Origin: Macrostomum lignano
Lineage: Eukaryota
Direction of reading: 5' to 3'
Assembly: GCA_002269645.1 (NCBI GenBank)
Contig: NIVC01000636.1
Location: 186,001 to 250,000 of the forward strand
DNA: 64,000 bases
Each line of letters begins with the position of its first letter. Position 1 is the first letter of the stretch. Shown here in pieces: positions 11,399 to 23,400 of the stretch. The notes under the pieces were generated by a model. The model worked only from the letters and a program-made list of their open reading frames with translations. It was not told where the DNA came from and did no database searches. Made by a program: the position numbers and the translations under genes.

Positions 11399-13479
11399 TC
11401 TGCGGTGGCACTACTAGGCCTCTGCTGGCGCGGAGCACAGACCAAATGTTGAGCTGGCGGCAGGCATGAAGGATTCCAACATTAATTTTCTATTTTCAGC
11501 TCTCCATCTCTGCATGCTGAGTTCTCCTATACTTTGCTAGGCTTGAAAATTGTTTGTGTGGAGCAATACTGGTGAATTGAGACTGCTGGGTGCCTCCAAT
11601 ACCAATTCCCAATACCAATTGGGAAAGTAAAAGGAGGAATTAAGGGATTGGCAATTTTGCAAAGGCCAGCAACAGAATAATTAGGTGCTCATTTATTTTA
11701 GAACAAAGCATAGAAACACCCATAATTGCCATAGGCTTACACAGTAGGCATGTATAAAATAGAGGTTGGTCATCTGCCAATTTGTAAGCATATGTTTTAA
11801 ATTTACAATTGATGCTTTTTTTAAAAGCACAAAACAGTATTTTATTTTTGTTGGTCATCCACAATGAAAACAATATTTATTGGTACAATTAAATCCTAGT
11901 GCTTGCATTTGGATTTGCTAAATTTTGATTAAAATGTAATAGATAAGATATAATAAATTATGAAAATTTCATGAGTATAGTAAATTATAATTGTGATTCT
12001 AATTGTAACAACTAATATAACTATAAATTAATTATAAAAGTGAACACAATTATTTCATATAAAAACTACAAACATAACTTTAGCTTTACATAAAGCAAAA
12101 ACAAAATTAAATTTAATACATTTTTATTATTTGATATAAGGGATATCCCAAAAGTTCTTAGAATGTTCAATCCTTAAAAACTTGATAAATTTTTGTTTAT
12201 ATGTTTATGTTTGTTTAACTTTTCCAAATTTACGAGGGGTATCCAAAAAGTAGTTGGAATTTTCCATATAGTTCATAGTTAATTTAAAGTATAGAAAATT
12301 ATTCTAAAGCAATAGCTGCATCCTTTTTTTACATAGGCCCTAATTTAAATCTATATATTTGGCAATTTGCCAAAATGGTCTAAAATTGTTGCAGAAATGA
12401 CTATTAGCATTGTCTTGTTGCAAAGTGTCTATTACCAATATGTCTTAGGGCCTATTGCAAAAGTGACTAATAATAGCCTGATAGGCAATAGCCCTTTGAA
12501 AAGAACTTGTCTTACAATCTTTAGCCAAAAACAAACATTTGGTATAAAATAAGCAAGTGCTAGCATTACTAGATATGATTAGCAACTTAAATAGGCCTAA
12601 TAGTAGGCCCCCTAATTAGGCCTAGATTAGGAACTCCAAAGAAAAGTTTAGGAATTTAGAAATTAATATTTGAGGGGTGTCTAAAAATGAAAAATTAGTA
12701 GGAATTTTCTATGTAGTTCATAGCTAGAATCAGATACATAAATGGCATTGACAGTTCATGAAAGTGGCTTTATATATATATGCAATACATTTTGAATTAT
12801 GTTAATATCTACTGGCATTCAAAATTTATGAGCAATTTAGTGCAGTTCTCCAAGGAATGACTTCTAGAAAATGTATTTGGACAGGTTTTAAGCTTCACTT
12901 TGTACTTTTGATGCATTATGTTTATACAATGATGCCTATAGACAATAGACATGGTAACGTATGTCTATAGGCTAAACACCAAAACTATGAATACATGCAG
13001 CATCATCATAGCCAGGCGATGCTAAGCTTTACATGGACAGCACAGCTCAGCCAGATATCTTGTCAACTTGAGCTTCTGAAGCAACCAAGTTTGTGCCAAC
13101 ATGTTGGATATCCACTCAAAAGAGAATGCCACCAAGCTATTTTTACTCTATAGAGTCTTGGACTCAATGGATTAGATATTTTAAATAAACTATAGCATAT
13201 CCATGGACAGCATGCAGTGAGCAAGAGCACAGTTTACTGGTGGATTGAGGAATTTGAGGCTGCTGGTTGAATGAATGTGGCGGCATTGATGCCATCATAA
13301 ACCCAAAAAATCACAACTCCAAAAGCACTTCCTATCATAAACCCAAAATATCACAAACCCAAAATATCATAACTCCAAAAAATAAAATAGCAATGAGAAG
13401 TAAAAGAAAGGAGATTGCAAGCATTTTCATTAGAACGACATGTTTCGCCTAACTTTAGGCATCATTGGGCAGACACTGC

Positions 13480-13860
13480 TGTACTTGAGGCCTATTCTGA
13501 TTTGTTGCTTCCACTTTGCAACTACATTTCAATAATGTCGGATGGTCCATCTGTCATGGTGGGGTGACACAAAGGCTTCTATATGCTGATTCAAAAGCAT
13601 GCTCCTTAGCTACTAGAGGTAGAGATGAACACCTGAATTTTGCACCATGTTTCTAACATACTTCACAAGTTCACAATGAACTGACTGACTACGAGCACAC
13701 CCAAAGCCTACTTGACCTTCAGTGCCACCACTTCCTGTGTTATGTGGAAACCCGCTGGGTGCAGCTTTTGCCTATTGCCAACTGACTTGTCAAGCAATTG
13801 CCAGGCTTGTGCAAATACTTCAAGAGGCATCGCAGGTCAAATGCCAATGGAAACTTTGAA
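13480..13860 (+). mobile_element. hAT-like transposase relic
   Basis: ISIMSDGPSVMVG*HKGF...LHH and FLCYVETRWVQLL...LCKYF recall the hAT DG-x-x-x-M-x-G and TRW motifs; stops present. Confidence 0.5.
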
Positions 13861-15396
13861 AATGGGCAAGTCTAGATCTTCGGTAAAACGTCAAGGTCAA
13901 TCTAAATCCATGGCATGGGAGAGGGAGATGATGATAATAGCTTATATTTTTATTTAATTATGATTTTAAGGCATATCGCTAGGACTGTATGTCAGGATAT
14001 AAAATTATAGAATCCTAATCGAAAATCTCTATGAATATCAAAAAAGCTATAGAAACGGCAAGACAAGATATATCAAAAGATTTAAACATTAGGCCTAGGT
14101 CTGCTTTCTATTAAAAGCGATAACAATTTTTGTGCTAAAAATGAAGGCCACGTATCTCCATGACCATCGGCCTAATGTATTTTTTCGGTTGCCTCCTTAA
14201 ATTTTCCAAGAAACGTAGTTTCCCGTCCAGAAAAATTCAGATTTTTGAGAACCAGAATCCGTAAAGGAAAATGAAAAGCGCCGAGTCTATAAATTTTAAA
14301 TCTTTGACAGTCTTTACAAATGTTATTTTGTCTTTCTTTGACCTAGTTTCTTCCTGAATATTATTTTGTTTAATTCAGAAAGCTATAATTCAGATCGAAT
14401 TCGTAAATAACAAAAAGCTCTAGCTGCGCTGCACCCAGATAAACACCAGGAAAACATCACTCAGATATTTTCAGATACATTCTTGGAGCATTAGCTAAGC
14501 TTACGATTAACATCAGAAAATTTCCCGTGACGGTACATGCATCTTGGCTAAGATTCTGCACATTAAGCAACACGATTCCTTTAGCTGTGGTGCCTTCGGC
14601 TATGCAAGAGGGAATATTCAGCAAGGGAAGCTACTATACATTGCATCAGCAGCAAAATCAGAAAATTCACTTTTCTTTAAAAAAGTGAAATCGCGTACAC
14701 ACGAAAAGTTATCAGCAACAATTCCATGGATCGTGATCAAGCTATAGGTTATTTTCTCAGTTTGTCAAGTAAGTAGAGGAGCCATAAGTGCAGACGGTGC
14801 AGAAACAGTAGATTTAGGTGAGTTGTGCAGTTTGTTAGCACGCTCGTAAAATGCTACATCATGATGTACAAAACATGTAGCCATGCTGTCCTGTCATGTC
14901 ATCCCGTCAGCTCACTGCATATGACTCCAGTAACTGTATCCGTGCATCCACAACGTGTAAGATTTTAACTTCTGCTGCTCGAGTTGCGTCAAACTTAATT
15001 CAGCTGATGTGTGAAAAAGAACTATGTTGAGCTACACATACATGTAAACATTCAGACAAAAAACGGGGTCTAATTTCCAAATTTTCAATAAATCTTCGTA
15101 AAAATGCCTTTAATTGGTACTGACAGATATAGTGAAACCGTGAATGCAAGCTGCGCTAAAAGTTTATATTTTCATTTTAAATGTCAAAAGGAGCTGCGAC
15201 TGAAGAAGAGGGCTGGAGCTACGGGAGAGGTAAGCACGAATTGCAAGTGCAGTGACGTCTAGGACACGGGCGCTCGTTAAAGCAACAAACGACAAAAATA
15301 TAATATGCCTCTCGCCGGCCACGAGTGGCCACAGGGGGTGTCAGAACGTACGCCTTCGGGTCGCACTCCTAAAAAAGTCAGCTCCTCCAGTCAGAG

Positions 15397-16090
15397 TCAG
15401 ACCAGGGGCTCGCCTGCGCCGTCCACAACAACAGCTGTCGTGTAACGGCTTGCGGCAGCAATTAGTCTCTCCGACCGGATGACGTGACCAGCCAGCCTGA
15501 GCCGTCTCTCGCACAGCAGTGCAGAAGGCCGCTTTAGGCGGGCCCTATAGCGTAGAGCGCGACGGAGGACTCGGAGCCCGGGTCGCAGCTCACACGGAAC
15601 GCAGAGCGCAGCATTGCAGAGCTGCTTCTCCAGGGCATCCATCAGGGTCCAGGTCTCAGTGTTATAGAGCAGAACAGTCTCGACGACTGCCTGAAACAGC
15701 TGAGACACAGACGGCTGTCCCATCATTCAGAACCTTAGATCGCAGCACCGAGTGTACCGAACGTAAGGCCAGCCCGCGTGTCCTTCTCGTGTCGCTGGCG
15801 ATGTCCGAGGTACGCACGAAATGCCGGCAACGCGGAAGCGGGATCTCGTCCCCGGCAGCATCTCGGTACATTATCTCAGCAGGTCTAGCAACACAGTGGA
15901 GACTTTAGTATGAGACCAACCACCGCTGCCGCTTTCTTCGAGCCATCCAGTAGTCGTTGAGCGCCTTCGTTCAGCTTCGTTGAGCATCGTTGATGCTGTT
16001 GACGCCAGCCACGCAAGGTCGTTCGCTTAGCCGAGAAAACAGAGCCGCTTCTCCGGATGCCGCCGACTCGTGAAGAGTCTACACCATAGA
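15397..16090 (-). mobile_element. Degenerate RTE-like LINE fragment, same family as 37050-39575
   Basis: QAVVETVLLYNTETWTL...RARLKRPSALLCERRLRLAGHVIR matches the 38930-39517 ORF (QAVVEAVLLYNAETWTL...RAKLQRPSTILRRRRLQLAGHVIR). Confidence 0.8.
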
Positions 16091-16471
16091 GCACAAGTTG
16101 TGGCTAGAATGGTGTACAAAGCCGATGCTCAGAAATTTAAGACATTTCACATTTAAACAACAACAACAGCCATGCCACTAAAGTGCGCGGTAGCTAATTG
16201 CAATAACTGCGTTTCTGATGCATCTGTATTAATCTTAAGCATCGGCTTTGTACACCATTCTAGCCACAACTTGTGCCATAGACTAAAAAGCTTGGTGACC
16301 GGAGGGGGTGGGTGGATTCTAAAAATCGGCTTCAGATTTTCATCCTTATTGGCACTCTATACTAGGCGACCTCAATACTCTTTGGTTCCATCCTTCAACT
16401 TCAGTAGTTCTTGGACTTAGTGAGCTGCCTGTCACGGTACGGTCTTATCATATCGATAAATATCGATATAA

Positions 16472-17420
16472 TTGCAGCCCATTTGGGCCCACGCGCATGA
16501 GTTAATTCCAAGATTTGTTTGCCAATGCAATGGAGCTTTTGTCTATGTGCAAGGCTGGCACATTGACATTTAATTTGGTCCAGCAAGCATCAATTTGGTC
16601 CAAACGCTCGTGAGCCATTCGGCAAATTCTTGCTCCTCTCGCAACCGTCTGCGGGTTGCTGAGTACCGCTGGAATGTCAGCGTCTCTACCAACAATTTTC
16701 AGTCGCTTTTCCAGAGCTCTGCTGATAGTCGAAATCTGATAACCAACTGGAACTGTTCCTTCAACTTTTGCTGCATTTCTGCACAGTTAACAAAGGGTTC
16801 GTCTCAACTGCATCGAGTAGCAGCTGGACCTGAGGATCTCGCAACTTGCCTTGGCGATTGCCACCCCTTCGCAGGTGATCTCTGCCGGCAGAGGTTTCAA
16901 CGCACTAGCTGATGAATTCTGTAAACCATCTTTTCCTTTGCATTCAGCAACCTCGCAATGTTCTTTGGATGTTCACCTCTGTCGAGCGCTTCGATCACAA
17001 GCCAATCGTTCGACAGCCGGTATGGTCCACAATTGTGGGGCTGATCTTGCTCCTCCGCAGCAGTTTCAAATGAAGCTGTGGACCAAATTGATACTTAATG
17101 GACCAAGTTACGACGTAAATGCCGCTATACCAGCCTTGCTACCATAGACAAAAGCTCCATTACATTGGCAAACGTATCCTAGATTAAATCTTAGATTAAA
17201 TTCAATGCGCGTTAGCCCAAAAGGGCTGCAAAAAGCTACGAGTATATTGTGCAGCGCATTCAGCCACCCCATGCAGCTGAGCTTCTATTTTTGGAACTCA
17301 TTTTCATTTAGGTTAAGCCATAGACGCTTGCCGAGATCCATGCCCTGTGTAAACACTGTGTTGTACGAAATATGTTCTGAATTTGGCTCTTCAGAAACAA
17401 AGGTTAAATAAAGACTAGAA
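16472..17420 (-). mobile_element. hAT-like relic with a ~140-bp inverted duplication (16472-16610 vs 17075-17231)
   Basis: Imperfect inverted repeat read directly, e.g. GTTTGCCAATG(C/T)AATGGAGCTTTTGTCTATG. The duplicated segment translates CNGAFVYGSKAGIAA, similar to the hAT DGA-x-x-x-G...GV motif. Confidence 0.45.
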
Positions 17421-17456
17421 GACTGAATCTTGTTAAGCTCAGCAGCGGCTTGGCTG

Positions 17457-20400
17457 ATGGAGATCGATAGCGACACAGCACCTCAGGAGGAGAAACCCTC
17501 CCTACTTGCTCAGCGGATGCAAATGCAGCTGAAGCAGCCGAGTACCCAGTTCATAAGCCAATCCCAGACCGTCTCCTCGTCAGCCGACCATCAGCATGAT
17601 CTGTTCATCAGCGGCTACAATGTGCACACGATGCCGAACTTCCCCAACTTGGGCCCCCTGGTGAGGCTGAACACGGATGTCCGACTGGCCCGGGTCAACC
17701 TTAGGAAGTTTGTCAGCTCCGACACACTCTTCTATCCGTTTGAGTAAGTATATGTGCTAAGGTTGGCTGCAGAGTAAGGTGGCTTTGGAGTTGAGATAGC
17801 GGTGAGTGAGGTAGCTGTGAAGTGAGGTGGCTGTGGAGTGAGGTGGCTGCGGAGTGAGGTGGTTGTGGAGTGAGGTGGCTGCGGAGTGAGGTGGCTGCGG
17901 AGTGAGGTGGCTGCGGAGTGGGGTGGCTGCGGAGTGAGGTGGCTGCGAAGTGAGGTGGCTGTGGAGTGAGGTGGCTGCGAAGTGAGGTGGCTGCGGAGTG
18001 AGGTGGCTGCGGAGTGAGGTGGCTGCGGAGTGAGGTGGCTGCGGAGTGAGGTGGCTGCGGAGTGAGGTGGCTGCGGAGTGAGTTGGCTGTAGAGAGAGGT
18101 GGCTCTGGAGTGAGGTGGCTGCGGAGTAAGGTGGCTCTGGAGTGAGGTGTCTGTAGAGTTGAGACAGCTGCGAATAATGTGGTTATGAAGTGAGTTACTT
18201 TTCATAGTAGCCGTGAGGGAATCAGCAATACAGGAAGTTTTCGAGTAGCAGGCCGCATATTTACCCACAACGACTTGCCCATAATATGCCCTATAGGGTT
18301 CAGGTGACTATTCCACTACCACGAACGAGCGACTTTATGTGGGACTTCAAGCACAAGTTTTACTTGTCCATCATGTACAGTCAGGTGTACAGGTTCTTCT
18401 TTCCCTTCAACCGGCACAACTCTCAGCTGTTCCTAATCATAGACATGAGCGGAACCAGCGAGCCCCTCTGCGTGAACGTCCCGTCGCGAACCCTGCTGCG
18501 CAACGTCAGCGAGGCTCTGATGGACCACGAGGAGTTGGGCGCCAAGCAGTTCGAGAACTGCCTGATGATCGCCGTCAGCGCGTACAAAGACTACGCGGCC
18601 TTCTTTAGTGAGTCAGTCAGTCAGTCAGTCACCCACTCACTCAAGTCAGTCAGTCAGTCAGTCAGTCAGTCAGTCAGTCAGTCAGTCAGTCAGTCAGTCA
18701 GTCAGTCAGTCAATCAGTCAGTCAGTCAGTCAGTCAGTCAGTCAGTCAGTCAGTCAGTCAGTCAGTCAGTCAGTCAGTCAGTCAGTCAGTCAGTCAGTCA
18801 GTCAGTCAGTCAGTCAGTCAGTCAGTCAGTCAGTCAGTCAGTCAGTCAGTCAGTCAGTCAGTCAGTCAGTCAGTCAGTCAGTCAGTCAGTCAGTCAGTCA
18901 GTCAGTCAGTCAGTCAGTCAGTCAGTCAGTCAGTCAGTCAGTCAGTCAGTCAGTCAGTCAGTCAGTCAGTCAGTCAGTCAGTCAGTCAGTCAGTCAGTCA
19001 GTCAGTCAGTCAGTCAGTCAGTCAGTCAGTCAGTCAGTCAGTCAGTCAGTCAGTCAGTCTCAAACACAACTTGCAGGGCTGAGCTCAAAGCACAGGAGGT
19101 GCCCCGATAGCTACAAGAATTTCTGCTATGTGCCTCCGGTGTGGACGAACAAGCTGGAGTGAGTGTGCAAAAGAGAGAGCAGCGGCAAGCAGGCAGAAAC
19201 TTTTGAACGACTCACTGCGAGACTTGACGCTTCTAAATTATGCGAAATAATACACGGTATAAACCGTATGGTTGAAATGGCAATAGAAAATTTGTTGAAC
19301 ACCTATGTAGGTGACATACCTCCACCTCGTGCTTCGACAATCGCATCGGCAAAGTGAGACTGTCTATTTTATTCGAACGTACACGATATTCCAGCGTCTT
19401 TTACATTACCAGTTCTTTCTGATTCCATTTGGCTTATAGCTAGTGGACATGGAACAGCTACTTCTGCAGCGCTCTCTGGCATGGAAAAATTTTATTAGCT
19501 CCTGTTCTCCAACTTTTCTAATTTGTAGAAGAATTTATCTTTAATACGCAATCCAGGAGCTCCGTTTCGAAAGTATATGCTTTGAATTATTGTATATGCA
19601 GGTGGATAAATTCATATTTTAATCCACATGCGTGGCCACAAAGGAAATAATTCAAGTTGGACTGTATTATAGTCTGATGTAGGGACGTCCTGCGCCTCCC
19701 ATTAATTTCTGCGCACCCTGCCTTCCTCCCCTGTGATCCCTGTGCCCCCAGGATGACTCATTGGGATCATTAGGATGTCAGTCTCATGATGACTCCCTAT
19801 CTCTCAAGCTTTTTCCCGCCTCTGCGACCGCCAAATTTCTCGTCCAATCACAGCGCGGGTGACGCCATCCAGGGTTGCTTGGTAACGGAGGTCAAGGACA
19901 AGTCACGGCCTTCAATATCACGCTTCACGCTGTGATAGCCTGACGCGTGATCTTGCAGTCCTACAAGTTAATCAAGCTAGATTCCCTAAACACTTGATTG
20001 CTCATAGATCCTCAGGATCTTCCGCTAGTTAGACATCCGCTAAACTAACTAACTAATCCACTTCACCTCCTACTGCTCACCGTTTTCTAATAAACTCATT
20101 CTCAATCCGTTTCACATAAATAATTAACCGAATTAATTTAGTGCGGCTTGTTCAGGGCAGGAAATTCAGGGCATTAGCCATTCAAATCTTTGTCTGTTTC
20201 TGCCTATTTTCTCATTTGTCATGAACTGTACGTGGCATGAAGTGTGAGTAGACAGTGCACCTGTCTCAGAGCATGAAATAGAAGCTGCATGAGGATCAAG
20301 TACTAAAATCACCGAGTATCGGTGGTATCCAACAAAACAATCATAGCAGCTGTAATATTCTATGTCCCTGTAAGATGTGCACCATGAAAGAGGAGAGCTC

Positions 20401-23400
20401 TGGGACCTGCACCTCCTCATCCCCAGCCGCATTGAGCCCGTCTAGGAGGAAAAACAATAGAATATGACGTTTCTATTATCCAACTTTGCATAGGATCCTG
20501 ATGGCTTAGAGGTATAATTGAATTGTAGCCTAGAGAGTCGCAAGAAAAGCAAGGATCACGATTCAAATTAAGATAGGAGAATTGAAACTCTGCTGTAAAC
20601 AACTATGGCTTTTCTGTGTAGAGAGAGTGAAGATTTCCTGCGGTAAGGCAATTTTTCTCGGAAAGCCAGACTTTAAAAAGTAATTATCTTCTGATGTTAC
20701 GTGTACACAGCTAGTATCATGTTATATACCATCCTTCTGCTCAAGTACATGTATGCGGTTGTGGTCGACATTGATACAATTTTGTCTTTCCGATTTACGG
20801 CATCATAGATACCTTAGCGAGCTTAGCTGAAAATTACAGTAGTGTAATTCCGTTCATTTTGTACACTATTTAATTTGAAAGTAACGATTTTATCGATTAT
20901 AACAAAGTAGTTATGCACTATACTAATAGGCCACGAATTTATTGACTATTTAACATAAAAGCGAAGATTTTTGTTTTATATTACATTTAAAAGGTGCAAA
21001 GCCACTATTTTTTAGTTCTTCAAGGATTTTCGCTTTTCGTTTTTGCGATTTAATTTTTGAACTTGACTTTAATTAATTACATTGATCGAGCTAGCTCACT
21101 GCCACTGCATGATTGATCAAGTGGTGATCGATCGTCATTTTTAAGAACCTCAGTTTCTTGCTCTTTCTAGTTATAAAAACGAAGTTAAATAGATCAAAGT
21201 GTTATTGTATGTAATTTTGTGTTCTTAGGACGTTACTTTTTCACTTATTGGAATACTAATTTATACTTAGAATTATGACCTTTGAGTGAAACTATAAAAG
21301 AAAAATTCAGTTGTCTTTACACGGTTTTTAAGCATTTCAGTAGACCTAGTAGCTAAGAGATAGTCTAATTTGTTTATAAAAACTTTGTTTATAAAAACGG
21401 ACAAGTAACTGTCCGTTTTTATAAACAATCAAATAGTTTAATTATGATTGATTTTCAGTATCCAAGAATAGAGAAATGAAATTATCTAATTCTAATAATA
21501 ATTAGATAACAGAATAGAGAAAATGTCATTTAAGGCCATAGTTGAAAAAAGTGTAAGACAGCTGCCATTTTTTCTCTTTAAAAGAGACTTAGATAATTGT
21601 TAGGAGACTAGGCAATGTTGTGTAATAACATTTATGATCTTTTTATACTCTTTAGTTTAGTTGATTGAATGATTATAACTCCTTTTTATGCCATTTTTAA
21701 ACATTTTATAAATTTAAGGTGCCTGTAGATAAATAAAGGTAAATATCAACATGAAGTATTATTTGAGTTGCCGATGCATTTCGTCCATTTGCATTAGGAC
21801 ATCGTCAGGGTCTTTTTATTGAGAAACAATTTGAACGAATATTCAGTATATATAGATAGTTGAGAGTAACAAGAGTAGTTGAATTGAGTTTTTAATTGAT
21901 GGTTTAAAACTTGTACATAGTAATCAATTTTTGATACAGTATTGGTTGGGTAAAGTGCATATCAGTTTCAAGCCAGTCCGGTCATTGACAAATCAGCTAA
22001 AAAATTCTGAGTTGACGGCTAGCCCCACCCATCGCAAGTTGGTTATTTAACGTGGGCTGTTTGGTCTTAATGTACAGGGCTTCTAATAGGCAGAGCATGT
22101 GATCTCTATTACAAAAATCAATAGCCTTTATCATTTCGTGTGGTTCAGCCTCACAACAAGAATTGCAGGTTAGCAGGTGTTCGTTAATAGCAGAGTTTTT
22201 TAGCCAGTGCTCTCTGACCCTCGTGTATAAGTGTCGTTTAGTTTTTCCTATGTAGGACGTCACTGTTCCATTTCTTCGGAGATTTGAGCGCTACGCCACT
22301 GCCCTTGGCAAGTGCCAGGTGGACAGTTGGTTCCTTCAGCAATGTATTGAACTACAGGTTGCACCCAAGTTTGTCCAGTTCAAGAAACCGAACACACCTG
22401 TTTTTCGTGATCTATCCAACGTTCACAATGCATTGATTCAACAAGAACTTCGAGCTAACCAACGGAAGACTCATCAACTACGGAATCGAGTCCAAGAACT
22501 TAAGTCAAACTTAAGAAATCAGCTGGGTTTGATCTCCTATGCAGTCCTATGGCATCTAGTGAGCAAGTCAACGCAAGAAAAACTTCGAGCGGACCGCCTG
22601 AGACTCGGAAAGAAGCTTCGCAACCTCTGGACCGAGCAGAAGCATCAGACCCATGGAGCCAATACCATCACCAACCTGTCTCGTCACCAACTCACGGTCA
22701 CCGAGCTCAACTGTTTGCAACATGGTCTGCGCAACCCGACGCTACCAAAACGCATCAACAAGCTTAAAATCGCTGCTGAAATTGAATCTGGCCTGAGTAA
22801 GTGCCTAAAAACTGACAATTTGCGAGTTGACGGCGCTGTTCCACCCGATAAGCTTAAACACCGTATCATTGCTGAATTTGAAAAGTTTATCTGTAGAGCT
22901 CAAGGATACGTTAACAAGAAAAGCAATAGGCTTATGCACCAGACTATGAACGGTCTCAAGAACAATGACAACATCAAGATCGTTGGTTACGATAAAGGCT
23001 ATGGCGTTGCTGTCTTAGACAGTAATGATTATTTCGAGAAACTGGAGAAAGTGACCAGGACAAACTCAAGTTTCAATGCCTTGGTACCGCCGATAAAGTC
23101 ACTATGACCCACCCGATTCTGAAAAATGAAAGATCTCTTCAGAATTTTTTGAGAACTTATGTCAAGCCGCATGTGAGCCCTGAGATTTTTAAGGTGATTG
23201 TCCCAAATGGTAGCCAACCTGGACAACTGTATGGTCTGTGCAAAGTTCATAAGGATGGTCATCCTTTAAGACCAATTGTTTCGATGATCAACACTTCAGA
23301 GTATGAGCTAGCCAAATTCCTTGACAATTTAATTAAACCTGTTATTCCTTCTGAGCACTGTGTGGGATCCAATAAACAGTTTATTGAGAGCCTCAGCAAT

